A stretch of DNA of 64,000 nucleotides from Eubacteriales bacterium (GTDB lineage Bacteria > Bacillota > Clostridia > Oscillospirales > CAG-272). The notes below the pieces were generated by a model. The model searched no databases. It had not been told where the DNA came from and was given only the letters and a program-made list of their open reading frames with translations. The position numbers and the translations under genes were made by a program. This document shows, in pieces, positions 55,981 through 64,000 of this stretch (position 1 is its first letter; each line of letters begins with the position of its first letter). Location: assembly GCA_045636385.1 (NCBI GenBank), contig JAZTXK010000002.1, positions 15,644-79,643 on the forward strand, read 5' to 3'.

Positions 55981-57144
55981 TTCCTGCGGTCTTGTAACGA
56001 TAAGCGCACGAACACGCTCGCAAAGTGCGCGAAAATCTTCTCTATCGCGCAAAGGGTCGAGGGATTTGTCATTGAGCATATCCAGATAATTGCTCGGATA
56101 AATGCAATAACAGCTATACATTTTATTCATACATGTATTTACATAAATATTACGCTCCAAAGGGCTGTCAGGGCTGTTATTGCGAGTGTGCCAACTCTCA
56201 TAAGCTGTCCATATCATACCGTCAAGAAAACGGCAGGATGTAGGAAGCACCGTTTCATCCTCAAGCTTCATTGTTTCTTCCAGAAGAATCACAGCGGCCT
56301 CAACCTTTTTTATTGCCGCTTCATAATCTTCTGACGAAACTAACCGCTTCGCACAATTAATGCCATGTGTAAGGCGATCGCTTGTCCACATATCGGGGCG
56401 ATCATCCTTTGCATCTGTACGTATTATGGTAAGTACATTATCTATAAACTCAGCGGCGGCAGCCTTATTTTCTTTATCTTCGCTCCAATTTACCAAATAA
56501 CGGGACATAAGCAGACTTGTAATCGCACTGTAAAGCTGATATCTTCTCTCGGGTTCAAAGTATTCCTTATCTCTTCTTCGAAGATATCTATTAAACATCA
56601 ACGCGCGCTCCGAGCAATCAAAGGAAGTCGTATATTTATCCAAAAAACTTTGAAGATGCTCTTCGTCCTCAATAACAGCCATTGTCTGAATCGCGTGAGG
56701 GTTCATCGGATGCATTTCAAGATATGCCTCCGCCATAAGCCTTACCTCGGGCAGTATCTTCGGGTCGCGAAACGCGCGATCGTTTCCCTCCGTCCACGGA
56801 CGCCATGCTTCGTCTGTGTTCATATAATTCCTGCGGATGTCGCGGATAACCTCGACGATGTGATCGGCATCGTAATCCTTTTTCATACATTCTCGTCGAA
56901 GCTCGTCGAAAGCCTCTTTGGCCTTCTTCTCTTTTTCGATCGCGGGCATACCGAGAAGCTCATCAACCGAAATGCCGAGTATTTCGGATATTGCGGGCAA
57001 AAGCTCGAGATCGGGATAGGTCGAGCCCTTTTCCCAACGGCTGACAGACTGATAAGTCACGCCGAGGCGGTCAGCCAAAGCCTCCTGCGTCAAATCGTTC
57101 TTCTTTCTGAAATTGCGAATATTCTCGCCAATGGTAAGTTTCAT
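55978..57144 (-). CDS. XRE-family HTH transcriptional regulator with large C-terminal helical domain
   Basis: 388 aa. Contains IRNFRKKNDLTQEALADRLGVTYQSVSRWEKG. GGAGG RBS. Confidence 0.8.
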   Translation of the reverse strand: MKLTIGENIRNFRKKNDLTQEALADRLGVTYQSVSRWEKGSTYPDLELLPAISEILGISVDELLGMPAIEKEKKAKEAFDELRRECMKKDYDADHIVEVIRDIRRNYMNTDEAWRPWTEGNDRAFRDPKILPEVRLMAEAYLEMHPMNPHAIQTMAVIEDEEHLQSFLDKYTTSFDCSERALMFNRYLRRRDKEYFEPERRYQLYSAITSLLMSRYLVNWSEDKENKAAAAEFIDNVLTIIRTDAKDDRPDMWTSDRLTHGINCAKRLVSSEDYEAAIKKVEAAVILLEETMKLEDETVLPTSCRFLDGMIWTAYESWHTRNNSPDSPLERNIYVNTCMNKMYSCYCIYPSNYLDMLNDKSLDPLRDREDFRALCERVRALIVTRPQE

Positions 57145-57194
57145 AACAGCCTCCTGTATTTTTCACCTTGCAAGGCTTTTCTGTCGACATCTAT

Positions 57195-57223
57195 ATTATA
57201 CCATAGGAATTATTGAATTGCAA
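57195..57223 (-). promoter_or_regulatory. sigma-A promoter of the XRE regulator gene
   Basis: -35 TTGCAA (57218-57223), 17-nt spacer, TG-extended -10 TATAAT (complement of 57195-57200). Confidence 0.6.
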
Positions 57224-57270
57224 TAACTCATTATGCGAGAATTTTTCTCATTATATGTTATATTTAAAAC

Positions 57271-57299
57271 AAAAAAAGCAGAGAGGCGCGCCTCTCTGC
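57271..57299 (-). terminator. intrinsic terminator after the GH43-like gene
   Basis: Palindrome GCAGAGAGGCG/CGCCTCTCTGC (57278-57299). The minus strand then reads TTTTTTTGTTTT. Confidence 0.75.
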
Positions 57300-57310
57300 T
57301 TCATTATATA

Positions 57311-58738
57311 TCATTTTTTCTTCCAAAGATCCCAAACAATCGTTCCGTTCTCCTCGCGAACCGGAATAAATACGGGCGTTTCAAGTCTGTCCTGACCGCC
57401 TCGGTTTGGCGAGTGTATGCTGAGATACATCTGCCCGTCAGTGTCGTAAAAGAGCATTCCGTGGCCGCCGTCATATTTCATACCCGCCATATTCTGCGAA
57501 TAGAGCAAGTCCTTGTCCTGAGTCCAAGTACCGTCAACGCGACCATCGGCGGAACGTGCAATGCCGACGCAATATCCCGCGCTGTCGCTGTTTGACCAGA
57601 GCATCAGAAGCTGTCCGTCCTCGGTGCGGTACATCCAACAGCCGTCGGTAACCTGCGCCTTCGACCACGATGGATCGTCCGCGCGGAAAAGCTCGACGGG
57701 CTCGGAAATAAAATGAGTCAGATCGTCCGAGAGCTTTGCCGCCGCCATTCTGCCGATACCGTCGTCGGTACTCGTCCATTCGTGTACGAACACCATCCAA
57801 GGCTGACCGTCGGGATCAACGTAGAAGGTGCCGTCTATCGAATCCCAATCGCTCGGCGTAATATGACCGTTCGTGATCTCAACGAAAGGTCCTTCGGGGC
57901 TGTCCGATTTCATAATAGTGCATCCTCGGTGACCTGTAACCGACGAGCGGTAGGTCGTAAACATATAGTACGCACCGTTATATTTATGCACCTCGGGCGC
58001 CCAGTAGTTAGTTTCAGCGTTCTTGGGAATCTGCGCGACTACACCGAGCTCTTCCCATTCTCCGCGAAGATCGCCCGAAGTATTCTTGAAAGCGATCCAG
58101 CGAGTGCCGTAAGCATAATAAACGCCGTCCTCGACCAAAATACAAGGGTCGCGGAGCTGCGGAAGGGTCGAAACTATCATCACATCCTGCGCGGAAAAGC
58201 TACCTCTCACGTCAAGATCGGCAGGCACTGCAAAGGTTCCGCTTTCTTCATTTACATATTCTTGATTAAATCTATCCATAGCACACATCAGCGCAAATTC
58301 TCCTTTATAAGCAAAAATTATTTTAGTCTTCTCGCCGTCGGATACGACCTTTATGGCATATTCATCATCCTTCAGCGTATCAGTCAATTCGGCACATTCC
58401 GGGCGGTTATATGCTCCGATCAGTATTTCACAGTTCTTCTCTTTCGCCGCCTGTGCATCGGCAACCCTCTCCAATTCAATATCGGTAAAGGATTTGATTA
58501 AATTCGCCAAACGGAAAGCAGCCTTTGGCGATTCATCGTCCTTTAGTCCGTAGACGAGCTGAAACTCGGTGCTCTTGCCTCGCTCGGCAATGATAACCGT
58601 TTTCTCTTTTTCGGGAGCAACTTCAGTTTCCTGATGTTCCAAAGTTGTCTCTTCGGGCGTTTCTGCGCCGCCGCACGAGACTAAAATACACAAAAGCAAT
58701 AAACACAACGCAGATATAAATATTATTTTATTTTTCAT
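57311..58738 (-). CDS. lipoprotein glycoside hydrolase family 43-like, with an N-terminal accessory domain
   Basis: The ATG at 58738 follows GGAGA and gives MKNKIIFISALCLLLLCILVSCGG. GH43-like blocks are RDPCILV, WAPEVHKYNGAYYMF and IDGTFYVDPDG. Confidence 0.72.
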   Translation of the reverse strand: MKNKIIFISALCLLLLCILVSCGGAETPEETTLEHQETEVAPEKEKTVIIAERGKSTEFQLVYGLKDDESPKAAFRLANLIKSFTDIELERVADAQAAKEKNCEILIGAYNRPECAELTDTLKDDEYAIKVVSDGEKTKIIFAYKGEFALMCAMDRFNQEYVNEESGTFAVPADLDVRGSFSAQDVMIVSTLPQLRDPCILVEDGVYYAYGTRWIAFKNTSGDLRGEWEELGVVAQIPKNAETNYWAPEVHKYNGAYYMFTTYRSSVTGHRGCTIMKSDSPEGPFVEITNGHITPSDWDSIDGTFYVDPDGQPWMVFVHEWTSTDDGIGRMAAAKLSDDLTHFISEPVELFRADDPSWSKAQVTDGCWMYRTEDGQLLMLWSNSDSAGYCVGIARSADGRVDGTWTQDKDLLYSQNMAGMKYDGGHGMLFYDTDGQMYLSIHSPNRGGQDRLETPVFIPVREENGTIVWDLWKKK

Positions 58739-58763
58739 TCTTATCTCCACAGCCCTTTTTTGT

Positions 58764-58792
58764 ATTTTACCACAGACTTTAAGCAATGTCAA
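58764..58792 (-). promoter_or_regulatory. sigma-A promoter of the GH43-like gene
   Basis: -35 TTGACA (complement of 58787-58792), 17-nt spacer, TG-extended -10 TAAAAT (complement of 58764-58769). Confidence 0.65.
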
Positions 58793-58815
58793 GCCTTTTC
58801 GGGAATTTCATAAAT

Positions 58816-58841
58816 AAAAGCCACGCTCGCGCGTGGCTTTT
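58816..58841 (-). terminator. intrinsic terminator after the 623-aa SGNH lipoprotein gene
   Basis: GCCACGC-TCGC-GCGTGGC (58820-58837). The minus strand then reads TTTTATTTAT. Confidence 0.7.
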
Positions 58842-58853
58842 ATTTTATTTGAA

Positions 58854-60725
58854 TCAGTTACCCTTCTGTGCGTAAAAATCCGCAATCGCCTTTTCGAATA
58901 CGGGGAATACGAGCTTCATACCGTCTGCATTGAGATGGCTGATGTCACTCGCCTTCATACAATACTTAGCTCTGAAGTTCGCATCAGTCATCTTGACGCC
59001 GGTCAGCTCCTGATCCATTGCGTTGATGCAGGGCACGCCCATATCGGCACAGACCTCAAGGAGAGCCTTGCCGTAATCGCTGCAGTAGTTACCCGCGCTG
59101 TTCTTGCTTCCGCCAACTTCCCAAACGGTGAGGCAGATGATGAGAGCGTTCGGATACTTTTCCTGAATCTTGGTGATAAGGAATCTTGCCGCGCCCTTCA
59201 TGGTCTTTGTGTCGGTGCTTCCGTTTTCACCGATCGGAACGTTCTTGTTGTAGTCGTTACGTCCGCCCTCGATGATAACGATATCGGGGTTATTGTTCAC
59301 CATATTGGCGTATCTGACGACCATGGGGTTATTGGTGGTAACGTAATTCGACATAGTCGAGCCGTTCATACCGTAGTTGTTGAAAGTCATATCGTACTTC
59401 TTCGCGAGAAGTGCGGGCCATACGAGCTCCTTGTCAAGACCGTTTCCTGCAAGGTAGCTGTCGCCGATGACGGTGAAGGTCTTGCCCTTGAGGATATCAT
59501 AGAAAGCACGGTTCTTGTCTTCCTCGAACCACTTTTCAGCAGCTGCTGCCGCATCGATGATATCCTGGAGAGTGCCGGGCTCGTTGGTTTCGGAGGAATA
59601 GATCTTGGGTCTGTTGCTAAGACCGTTCGAGCGGAAGCAGAAACGGATGCACTCATTATCTTCGCTGGAAATATAGGTGTATTCTACGCCGTATGCGCCG
59701 GAAGAAATTACGTACTGACCGCCGCCGGGGATATTGTGCTTAGAGGTGTCGATAACCCAATTCGAGCCCTCCTTCTTCCAGAAGGAAAGAACGTATGCGT
59801 TGCCCGAGGTCGAGCCTGCCGCCTTATCGGTAAAGGTGATCTTGGTGCCCTTCTTTGCTATCTCGATAACGTCGGTGTAAGCATAATTATTCTCGTTCGG
59901 GTTGATATCATTAGCAAATCCGTAGCCGTTGGTCGAGGAGCCGACGTAACCCGCATTCCACTTAACGCTGATCTCGGTTCCGGTGGGAGCAGCGGGAGCG
60001 GTCGTTACCACATCTGCGTTTGGATCGTCCTTCTCAACAACGGGAGCCTTGGTCGACTTTACGGTTACGACAGGGTATGCCGCGGGAGTAAAGGATGTCG
60101 ACTGACCCGAGCGGAAGCAGAGACGGATGCACTCGTTATCCTTGGTCGAGGTATAAGTATAGGTTCTTGCACCGTTAGCATCGGTGTACTCAGCCATAGT
60201 ACCGTTTGCCTTGTAACTATTAAGGTCGATTACCCAAGTTCCGTTTTCCTTCTTCCAGGAGGAGAAAACGTAAGCGGCTGCAGATGCGAAATTGGTGTCG
60301 CCGTTGGCATTGGTGTTATCATCGGTAAAGGTGATGGTACTTCCCGCAGGACCGAGATTGATAACGTCACTGTAGGAATAGTATCCGCCCGTGGGGTTGA
60401 TCTTTTCCTTCCAGCTCGAGTTTGAGTCGGAGCCGACGTAGCCGAGATACCATCCAGCAGCGGCAACGTAATCCTTAAGCTCGGTAGAAGGAGCCTCGGT
60501 CGTAACCTCAGCCTCGGTGGTAACTTCGGGTGCGGTTGTGACCTCTGCCTCGGTGGTAGCCTCAGCCTCGGTAGTTACTTCGGGAGCCGTGGTTTCGGTG
60601 GGGGTAAGATTTTCGGCAGTAGTTTCTGCGCCGCCTTCTGCGGGAGTGCAGGCAACGATAGAAGCCGTCAGCATCGCAAGCAGAAGTGCAATTGCTGTAA
60701 GTCTGATAATTGCGTTCTTTTTCAT
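58854..60725 (-). CDS. lipoprotein SGNH/GDSL esterase with T/E/A-rich linker and duplicated N-terminal beta-rich module
   Basis: 623 aa. Lipobox LTASIVACT. SGNH blocks are VIGDSYLAG, GMNGST, GGRNDY and DISHLN. The internal duplication is described under findings. Confidence 0.75.
   Translation of the reverse strand: MKKNAIIRLTAIALLLAMLTASIVACTPAEGGAETTAENLTPTETTAPEVTTEAEATTEAEVTTAPEVTTEAEVTTEAPSTELKDYVAAAGWYLGYVGSDSNSSWKEKINPTGGYYSYSDVINLGPAGSTITFTDDNTNANGDTNFASAAAYVFSSWKKENGTWVIDLNSYKANGTMAEYTDANGARTYTYTSTKDNECIRLCFRSGQSTSFTPAAYPVVTVKSTKAPVVEKDDPNADVVTTAPAAPTGTEISVKWNAGYVGSSTNGYGFANDINPNENNYAYTDVIEIAKKGTKITFTDKAAGSTSGNAYVLSFWKKEGSNWVIDTSKHNIPGGGQYVISSGAYGVEYTYISSEDNECIRFCFRSNGLSNRPKIYSSETNEPGTLQDIIDAAAAAEKWFEEDKNRAFYDILKGKTFTVIGDSYLAGNGLDKELVWPALLAKKYDMTFNNYGMNGSTMSNYVTTNNPMVVRYANMVNNNPDIVIIEGGRNDYNKNVPIGENGSTDTKTMKGAARFLITKIQEKYPNALIICLTVWEVGGSKNSAGNYCSDYGKALLEVCADMGVPCINAMDQELTGVKMTDANFRAKYCMKASDISHLNADGMKLVFPVFEKAIADFYAQKGN
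60484..60603 (-). repeat. in-frame tandem repeats encoding a T/E/A/V/P-rich linker after the lipobox
   Basis: The DNA motif (C/T)GCCTCGGT(G/A)GT recurs at about 60494, 60511, 60547 and 60564. The peptide is TTAPEVTTEAEATTEAEVTTAPEVTTEAEVTTEAPSTE. Confidence 0.7.
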
Positions 60726-60757
60726 AGCAATATCCTTTCAAAATATTAGATAATTAT

Positions 60758-60786
60758 ATTATATAATTAAACTCAAGAAAAGTCAA
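60758..60786 (-). promoter_or_regulatory. sigma-A promoter of the 623-aa SGNH lipoprotein gene
   Basis: -35 TTGACT (complement of 60781-60786), 17-nt spacer, -10 TATAAT (complement of 60758-60763). Confidence 0.65.
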
Positions 60787-60796
60787 TAGTTTTCCC

Positions 60797-60828
60797 AAAA
60801 AACAAAGCAGAAAGGCGTACCTCTCTGC
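60797..60828 (-). terminator. intrinsic terminator after rhaM
   Basis: GCAGAAAGG-CGTA-CCTCTCTGC (60807-60828, one mismatch). The minus strand then reads TTTGTTTTTT. The sequence is related to the 57278-57299 hairpin. Confidence 0.65.
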
Positions 60829-60836
60829 TTTATTTT

Positions 60837-61163
60837 TTATTTAAATGAAAACACCTTCGTCAGCTGCGGCTGTGCGCCCGTGACGGGGTCGAGCTCCATA
60901 ATCAGGATATCCTTCATATACTCATTCCACTTTTCAACGACGGGACTTTCCCTCTGAACGCGCGCGGCGTATTCGATACCCTTTTCGCATTCGTAATAAC
61001 CGAAAAGCTCGTCGCCGACGTTCCAGATCGTGTAATTAACGATACCCGCATCTGCAAGCACCTGCTTCATTTCATCCCAGATCGCATCGTGGCGTTTGAT
61101 ATATTCATCAAGTGCGTCCGAAACGATCCGCGCTTTCCATGCGTATTTCTCCATTTTAATCAA
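60837..61163 (-). CDS. rhaM: L-rhamnose mutarotase
   Basis: 108 aa. YAWKARI...YIKRHDAIWDEM...NYTIW...LFGYYEC is the RhaM/DUF718 pattern. Overlaps the upstream gene by 8 nt. Confidence 0.8.
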   Translation of the reverse strand: MIKMEKYAWKARIVSDALDEYIKRHDAIWDEMKQVLADAGIVNYTIWNVGDELFGYYECEKGIEYAARVQRESPVVEKWNEYMKDILIMELDPVTGAQPQLTKVFSFK

Positions 61164-62742
61164 CTCTTAATCTTTCGTAATTCTTATACTGACTGTATTT
61201 GTTGATAATAGCATCCATCTCCGCAATTGCCTTATCGTATTCCGCCTTATCGTCCGCAAGAGTGAGCGCCTGCATATCGTAGAAGGTACACTGAACGTTT
61301 TCCGATCCGAGCATCAGCGGAACATTTTGAGTATTGTTGATCGCGGTATAAACAAGCTTGAGCTCGTTGCCGATAAAGAAATATACGTAATCGTTGTGAC
61401 ATACGATCTTCCACTCGATCGTCAGCGTCTGACCTGCGGTGTAGCTATAAATATCCTCTGCGGGAACATTGGTATCGTACGGAATGCAAAGCTTGAAATT
61501 ACCGCGCGACTCGTTATCCCAGAGAAGGATTCTGTTGTTACCGCTATCGAGGATACCGAACTGAATATGCGCGTTCGTGCCGATATCCGTTATATCGAGC
61601 TTACCCGAGAGAATATAGTTTTTGGCAAGATTTTTGCCGTTATAGTTGACGTTTGAGATAGCCGTACCCGCGGCAATAGTCTGTGTTTTTGTAAAGGAAA
61701 TCGCAGGAATCTCCGCTTCGGGAACTACGGGTGCTACGGGAGCGTCCTCGAGGACTATATCTGTCTTTGCAAGTGCATCGACGAAAACGCTGTAACATTC
61801 GGGCTTCGGATGAACCTCATCCTTGAGCATATCCTTAGTAAGCTGCGAGGGCGTGTCGATGTAGGTTATAAAATCAAACGCATCGCACCACTTCTGCATA
61901 CCTTCATTGATCGAGGTCACTTTCGCGATCTTATCGTTGTCGTATGCTCTCTGCGAAACGCCGAACCAATAAATATGAGTGTTCGGGAACTTTTCGTGCA
62001 TCATAAGGAACATTCTCTGATATGCCGAAAGTGCGCCAAAGATTGTGTCGCCGTCGTCATATACGTTGTTTGTTCCGATATGCATAACGATATTCTTCGG
62101 CTCGGTCTCCGCAAGCCAGCCACCGATCCACTCTTCCCAGTCGTAGGTGGTCGTTGCACTGATGCCGAGGCAGAGCGCATCCTTGCCAACGTATTCAGCC
62201 GAGTAGAAGCCCGTCCAGAATGCCGTGTCGAAGAAGGAATCGCCGATAAATAGAGTCGTCTTGCCCGCGTTGCCGTTTTTATCCCACTGAGCCTTGCGGT
62301 TTTCGGCGGCAGAAGCGAAATTCGACGCGCTGAATTTCTGACTCTTGGTGTCTACCTCTTCAACGCGAACGATAAATTCCGCGCTGAAATGCTCGGATTT
62401 AGCCGTGACCTCGTATCTGCCCGTCTTGAGCGCGGTAACCGAACCGGTTGCGGGATCGATGGTAATACCGGTTGCATCATACTCATAAGTAAGCTCCTCC
62501 TCATTCTCGGGAATCGAGAAAACGGGGATCACGGTGTTTTCGGGATAACCTACCCACGCAAAAACGTCATCGATCGCAAGTGTGCCGTAGTCGACCTGTT
62601 CGGTGCTCTCTGCGGAAGGAGCGGAAGTTTCGGGAAAGGTCTCCGCAGTGTTTTCATTACTCGCATCACCCGTGCAAGCTGAAAGCGAGAAACCGAGAAG
62701 CGCGCAAGTCAATATCAATAAGGATGTCATAAGCTTTTTCAT
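61156..62742 (-). CDS. lipoprotein: Ig-like domain + SGNH esterase + C-terminal lectin/LamG-like domain
   Basis: 528 aa. Lipobox GFSLSACTG. SGNH blocks are LFIGDSFFD, HIGTNN and DEVHP. Confidence 0.7.
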   Translation of the reverse strand: MKKLMTSLLILTCALLGFSLSACTGDASNENTAETFPETSAPSAESTEQVDYGTLAIDDVFAWVGYPENTVIPVFSIPENEEELTYEYDATGITIDPATGSVTALKTGRYEVTAKSEHFSAEFIVRVEEVDTKSQKFSASNFASAAENRKAQWDKNGNAGKTTLFIGDSFFDTAFWTGFYSAEYVGKDALCLGISATTTYDWEEWIGGWLAETEPKNIVMHIGTNNVYDDGDTIFGALSAYQRMFLMMHEKFPNTHIYWFGVSQRAYDNDKIAKVTSINEGMQKWCDAFDFITYIDTPSQLTKDMLKDEVHPKPECYSVFVDALAKTDIVLEDAPVAPVVPEAEIPAISFTKTQTIAAGTAISNVNYNGKNLAKNYILSGKLDITDIGTNAHIQFGILDSGNNRILLWDNESRGNFKLCIPYDTNVPAEDIYSYTAGQTLTIEWKIVCHNDYVYFFIGNELKLVYTAINNTQNVPLMLGSENVQCTFYDMQALTLADDKAEYDKAIAEMDAIINKYSQYKNYERLRVD

Positions 62743-62755
62743 GTTTCTTCACCTT

Positions 62756-63760
62756 TTATTTGATTTTACTGTTTGCAACTATAACGTCCTGCGCCCAATG
62801 TGCCCAGGCGTGATCTATGCCGATATCGGAGTAAGAGGGATAATCCTTGGCGATCCAGCCGCCGCCCGCCTTGCGGAAAAGCTCGCACATTTCAAGTGCG
62901 CGTCTTTCGATGAGCTCGCGGTCGCCCGTAGGAAGTACCTTCTGAATATCAACGGGAGAATAGAAGACCGCGCGGTCCGCAAATTCGCTCGCAAGCACCT
63001 CACTCGGATACGCATCGGGCTGATCGAACTGAAAAACGTCGATTCCCGCGTCGATAAGATCCTCCATAAGACCGTAATTATAGCCGCAGGAATGAAGGAA
63101 CATTGCCATTCCCGCCTCGTGCACGGCATCGGCAAGCTTTTTATATGCGGGCTTGTAGATCTCGCGGAAGGTGGAGGGCGACATAAACGTGGTCGTCTGC
63201 ATTCCGAGATCATCGTAAATTATCCAACCGTCGATTCCGCAGCCGGCAATATTGCGAATGATCGCGATCTCCTGATCGACGAGTGAGTCAATGAAGCCCG
63301 AAACCTCGTCGGGGTACTCGATCGTGTCCATAAGCGCGTTCGACATAAGGCGCGCATCGCGGTGCCTTGAAAAGATCGCTCTGCCCGTGGTCAGCACGAA
63401 TTTTTCGTGATTTGCGAGATCCTTCGCCAAAAGCTCGTCGCGGTAAGCAGGATCAAATTCGATTTTCGGATAATAATAGTCGTCCCAATCCTGAATAGCG
63501 CCCATTATGCACTCGCCCTTGGTCTTTCCGTTGAATCTGCCGTAAATATTGCCATAAAAGTCACGGCGCACCTCGCCGCTGAAGCCTGTAAGACTTTTCA
63601 GCTCGGGATGATCGCCCCATTGATCATAAGGATCAAGCGGCATATTTATCTGTCGTAGATTTCTGACACCGATAAAATCGGTCTGATCCAAAAAAGCATA
63701 GCCGAAACGAGGTGCTTCGTCGTGCGCGATCAATCTTTTGATTATTTCTTTTGAAGTCAT
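62756..63760 (-). CDS. uroporphyrinogen decarboxylase (URO-D)-like family protein, function unknown
   Basis: 334 aa. MFLHSCGYNYGLMEDLIDAGIDVFQFDQP resembles the URO-D / MtaA-like TIM-barrel pattern. This is a family-level call only. Confidence 0.55.
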   Translation of the reverse strand: MTSKEIIKRLIAHDEAPRFGYAFLDQTDFIGVRNLRQINMPLDPYDQWGDHPELKSLTGFSGEVRRDFYGNIYGRFNGKTKGECIMGAIQDWDDYYYPKIEFDPAYRDELLAKDLANHEKFVLTTGRAIFSRHRDARLMSNALMDTIEYPDEVSGFIDSLVDQEIAIIRNIAGCGIDGWIIYDDLGMQTTTFMSPSTFREIYKPAYKKLADAVHEAGMAMFLHSCGYNYGLMEDLIDAGIDVFQFDQPDAYPSEVLASEFADRAVFYSPVDIQKVLPTGDRELIERRALEMCELFRKAGGGWIAKDYPSYSDIGIDHAWAHWAQDVIVANSKIK

Positions 63761-63764
63761 GAAC

Positions 63765-64000
63765 TTATCCTCTCACTTGAATGAATTGTTTATTAAAACC
63801 TCTTACAACGGCTTTTATCGAGCTATCGATCCTACCGTCGCAAAAACGCTTTATGTGCTCGGGAATTTCCTTATAATACGCCTCCGCGATGCCGCCCGCA
63901 ATGCAAGCCTGCGTATCGGCGTCTCCGCCGAGTGAGATCGCATTTCTTATCGCGCTTTCATAATCGGTCGATTCAAGGAACGCAATGATCGCGGGCGGCA
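63765..64000 (-). CDS. ADP-ribosylglycohydrolase family protein, C-terminal part (runs off window)
   Basis: My own translation of the minus strand gives ...ESAIRNAISLGGDADTQACIAGGIAEAYYKEIPEHI...FIQVRG*. GGDADT...IAG is the family metal-binding motif. The stop TAA is at 63767-63765. Confidence 0.7.
   Translation of the reverse strand, partial: PPAIIAFLESTDYESAIRNAISLGGDADTQACIAGGIAEAYYKEIPEHIKRFCDGRIDSSIKAVVRGFNKQFIQVRG

Noticed and set aside
1-64000. Search for tRNA, rRNA, CRISPR arrays, transposases, integrases, phage genes and known defence-system genes
   Set aside because: None were recognisable by eye on either strand. Intergenic regions are short and are explained by promoters, terminators or the T-box. 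A covariance-model or HMM scan would be needed to exclude small RNAs.

Overview
This is a 64-kb chromosomal segment from a Gram-positive, Clostridia-like bacterium. Supporting signs are GGAGG-type RBSs, lipobox lipoproteins, a T-box leader, a PASTA-domain PBP, and many near-consensus TTGACA-17-TATAAT promoters. Bases 1-29.5k form one minus-strand run of core genes. It starts with a dcw cell-division/cell-wall cluster: mraZ, rsmH, ftsL-like, PBP, murE, murF, mraY, ftsW, murG, divIB, ftsZ, then a nucleoside hydrolase. Next come a CofE (F420-ligase)-like gene and a lipoprotein. An 11-cistron histidine operon follows, headed by a YerC/TrpR-like gene (yerC-like, hisZ, G, D, C, B, H, A, F, IE, J). 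The run ends with a Trp-specific T-box controlling trpB2 plus a HAD hydrolase. The rest is accessory or metabolic. It holds a visibly AT-richer block (two small membrane proteins, an ECF sigma and its partner) and two AraC regulators. A glycan-decoration locus follows (FAD oxidoreductase, GDPD, SGNH lipoprotein). pflB-pflA is translationally coupled to a split ChrA pair. An AT-rich four-gene operon of unknown function comes next, then a PHP protein. A peptide-type ABC operon carries a fused ATPase and two amidohydrolases, followed by an XRE regulator. A second glycan-esterase region closes the window (GH43, two SGNH lipoproteins, rhaM, URO-D-like, ADP-ribosylglycohydrolase). I saw no rRNA, tRNA, CRISPR array, transposase, integrase or recognisable defence gene. 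I cannot point to a clear novel system. The observations most worth follow-up are the pfl-chrA coupling, the YerC-led his operon, the T-box-trpB2-HAD bicistron, the unknown four-gene operon and the ARH/URO-D/SGNH/RhaM operon. The many very long antisense ORFs in the track are codon-aligned shadows of biased genes, not genes. All coordinates and motifs were read by eye, and no database search was possible.
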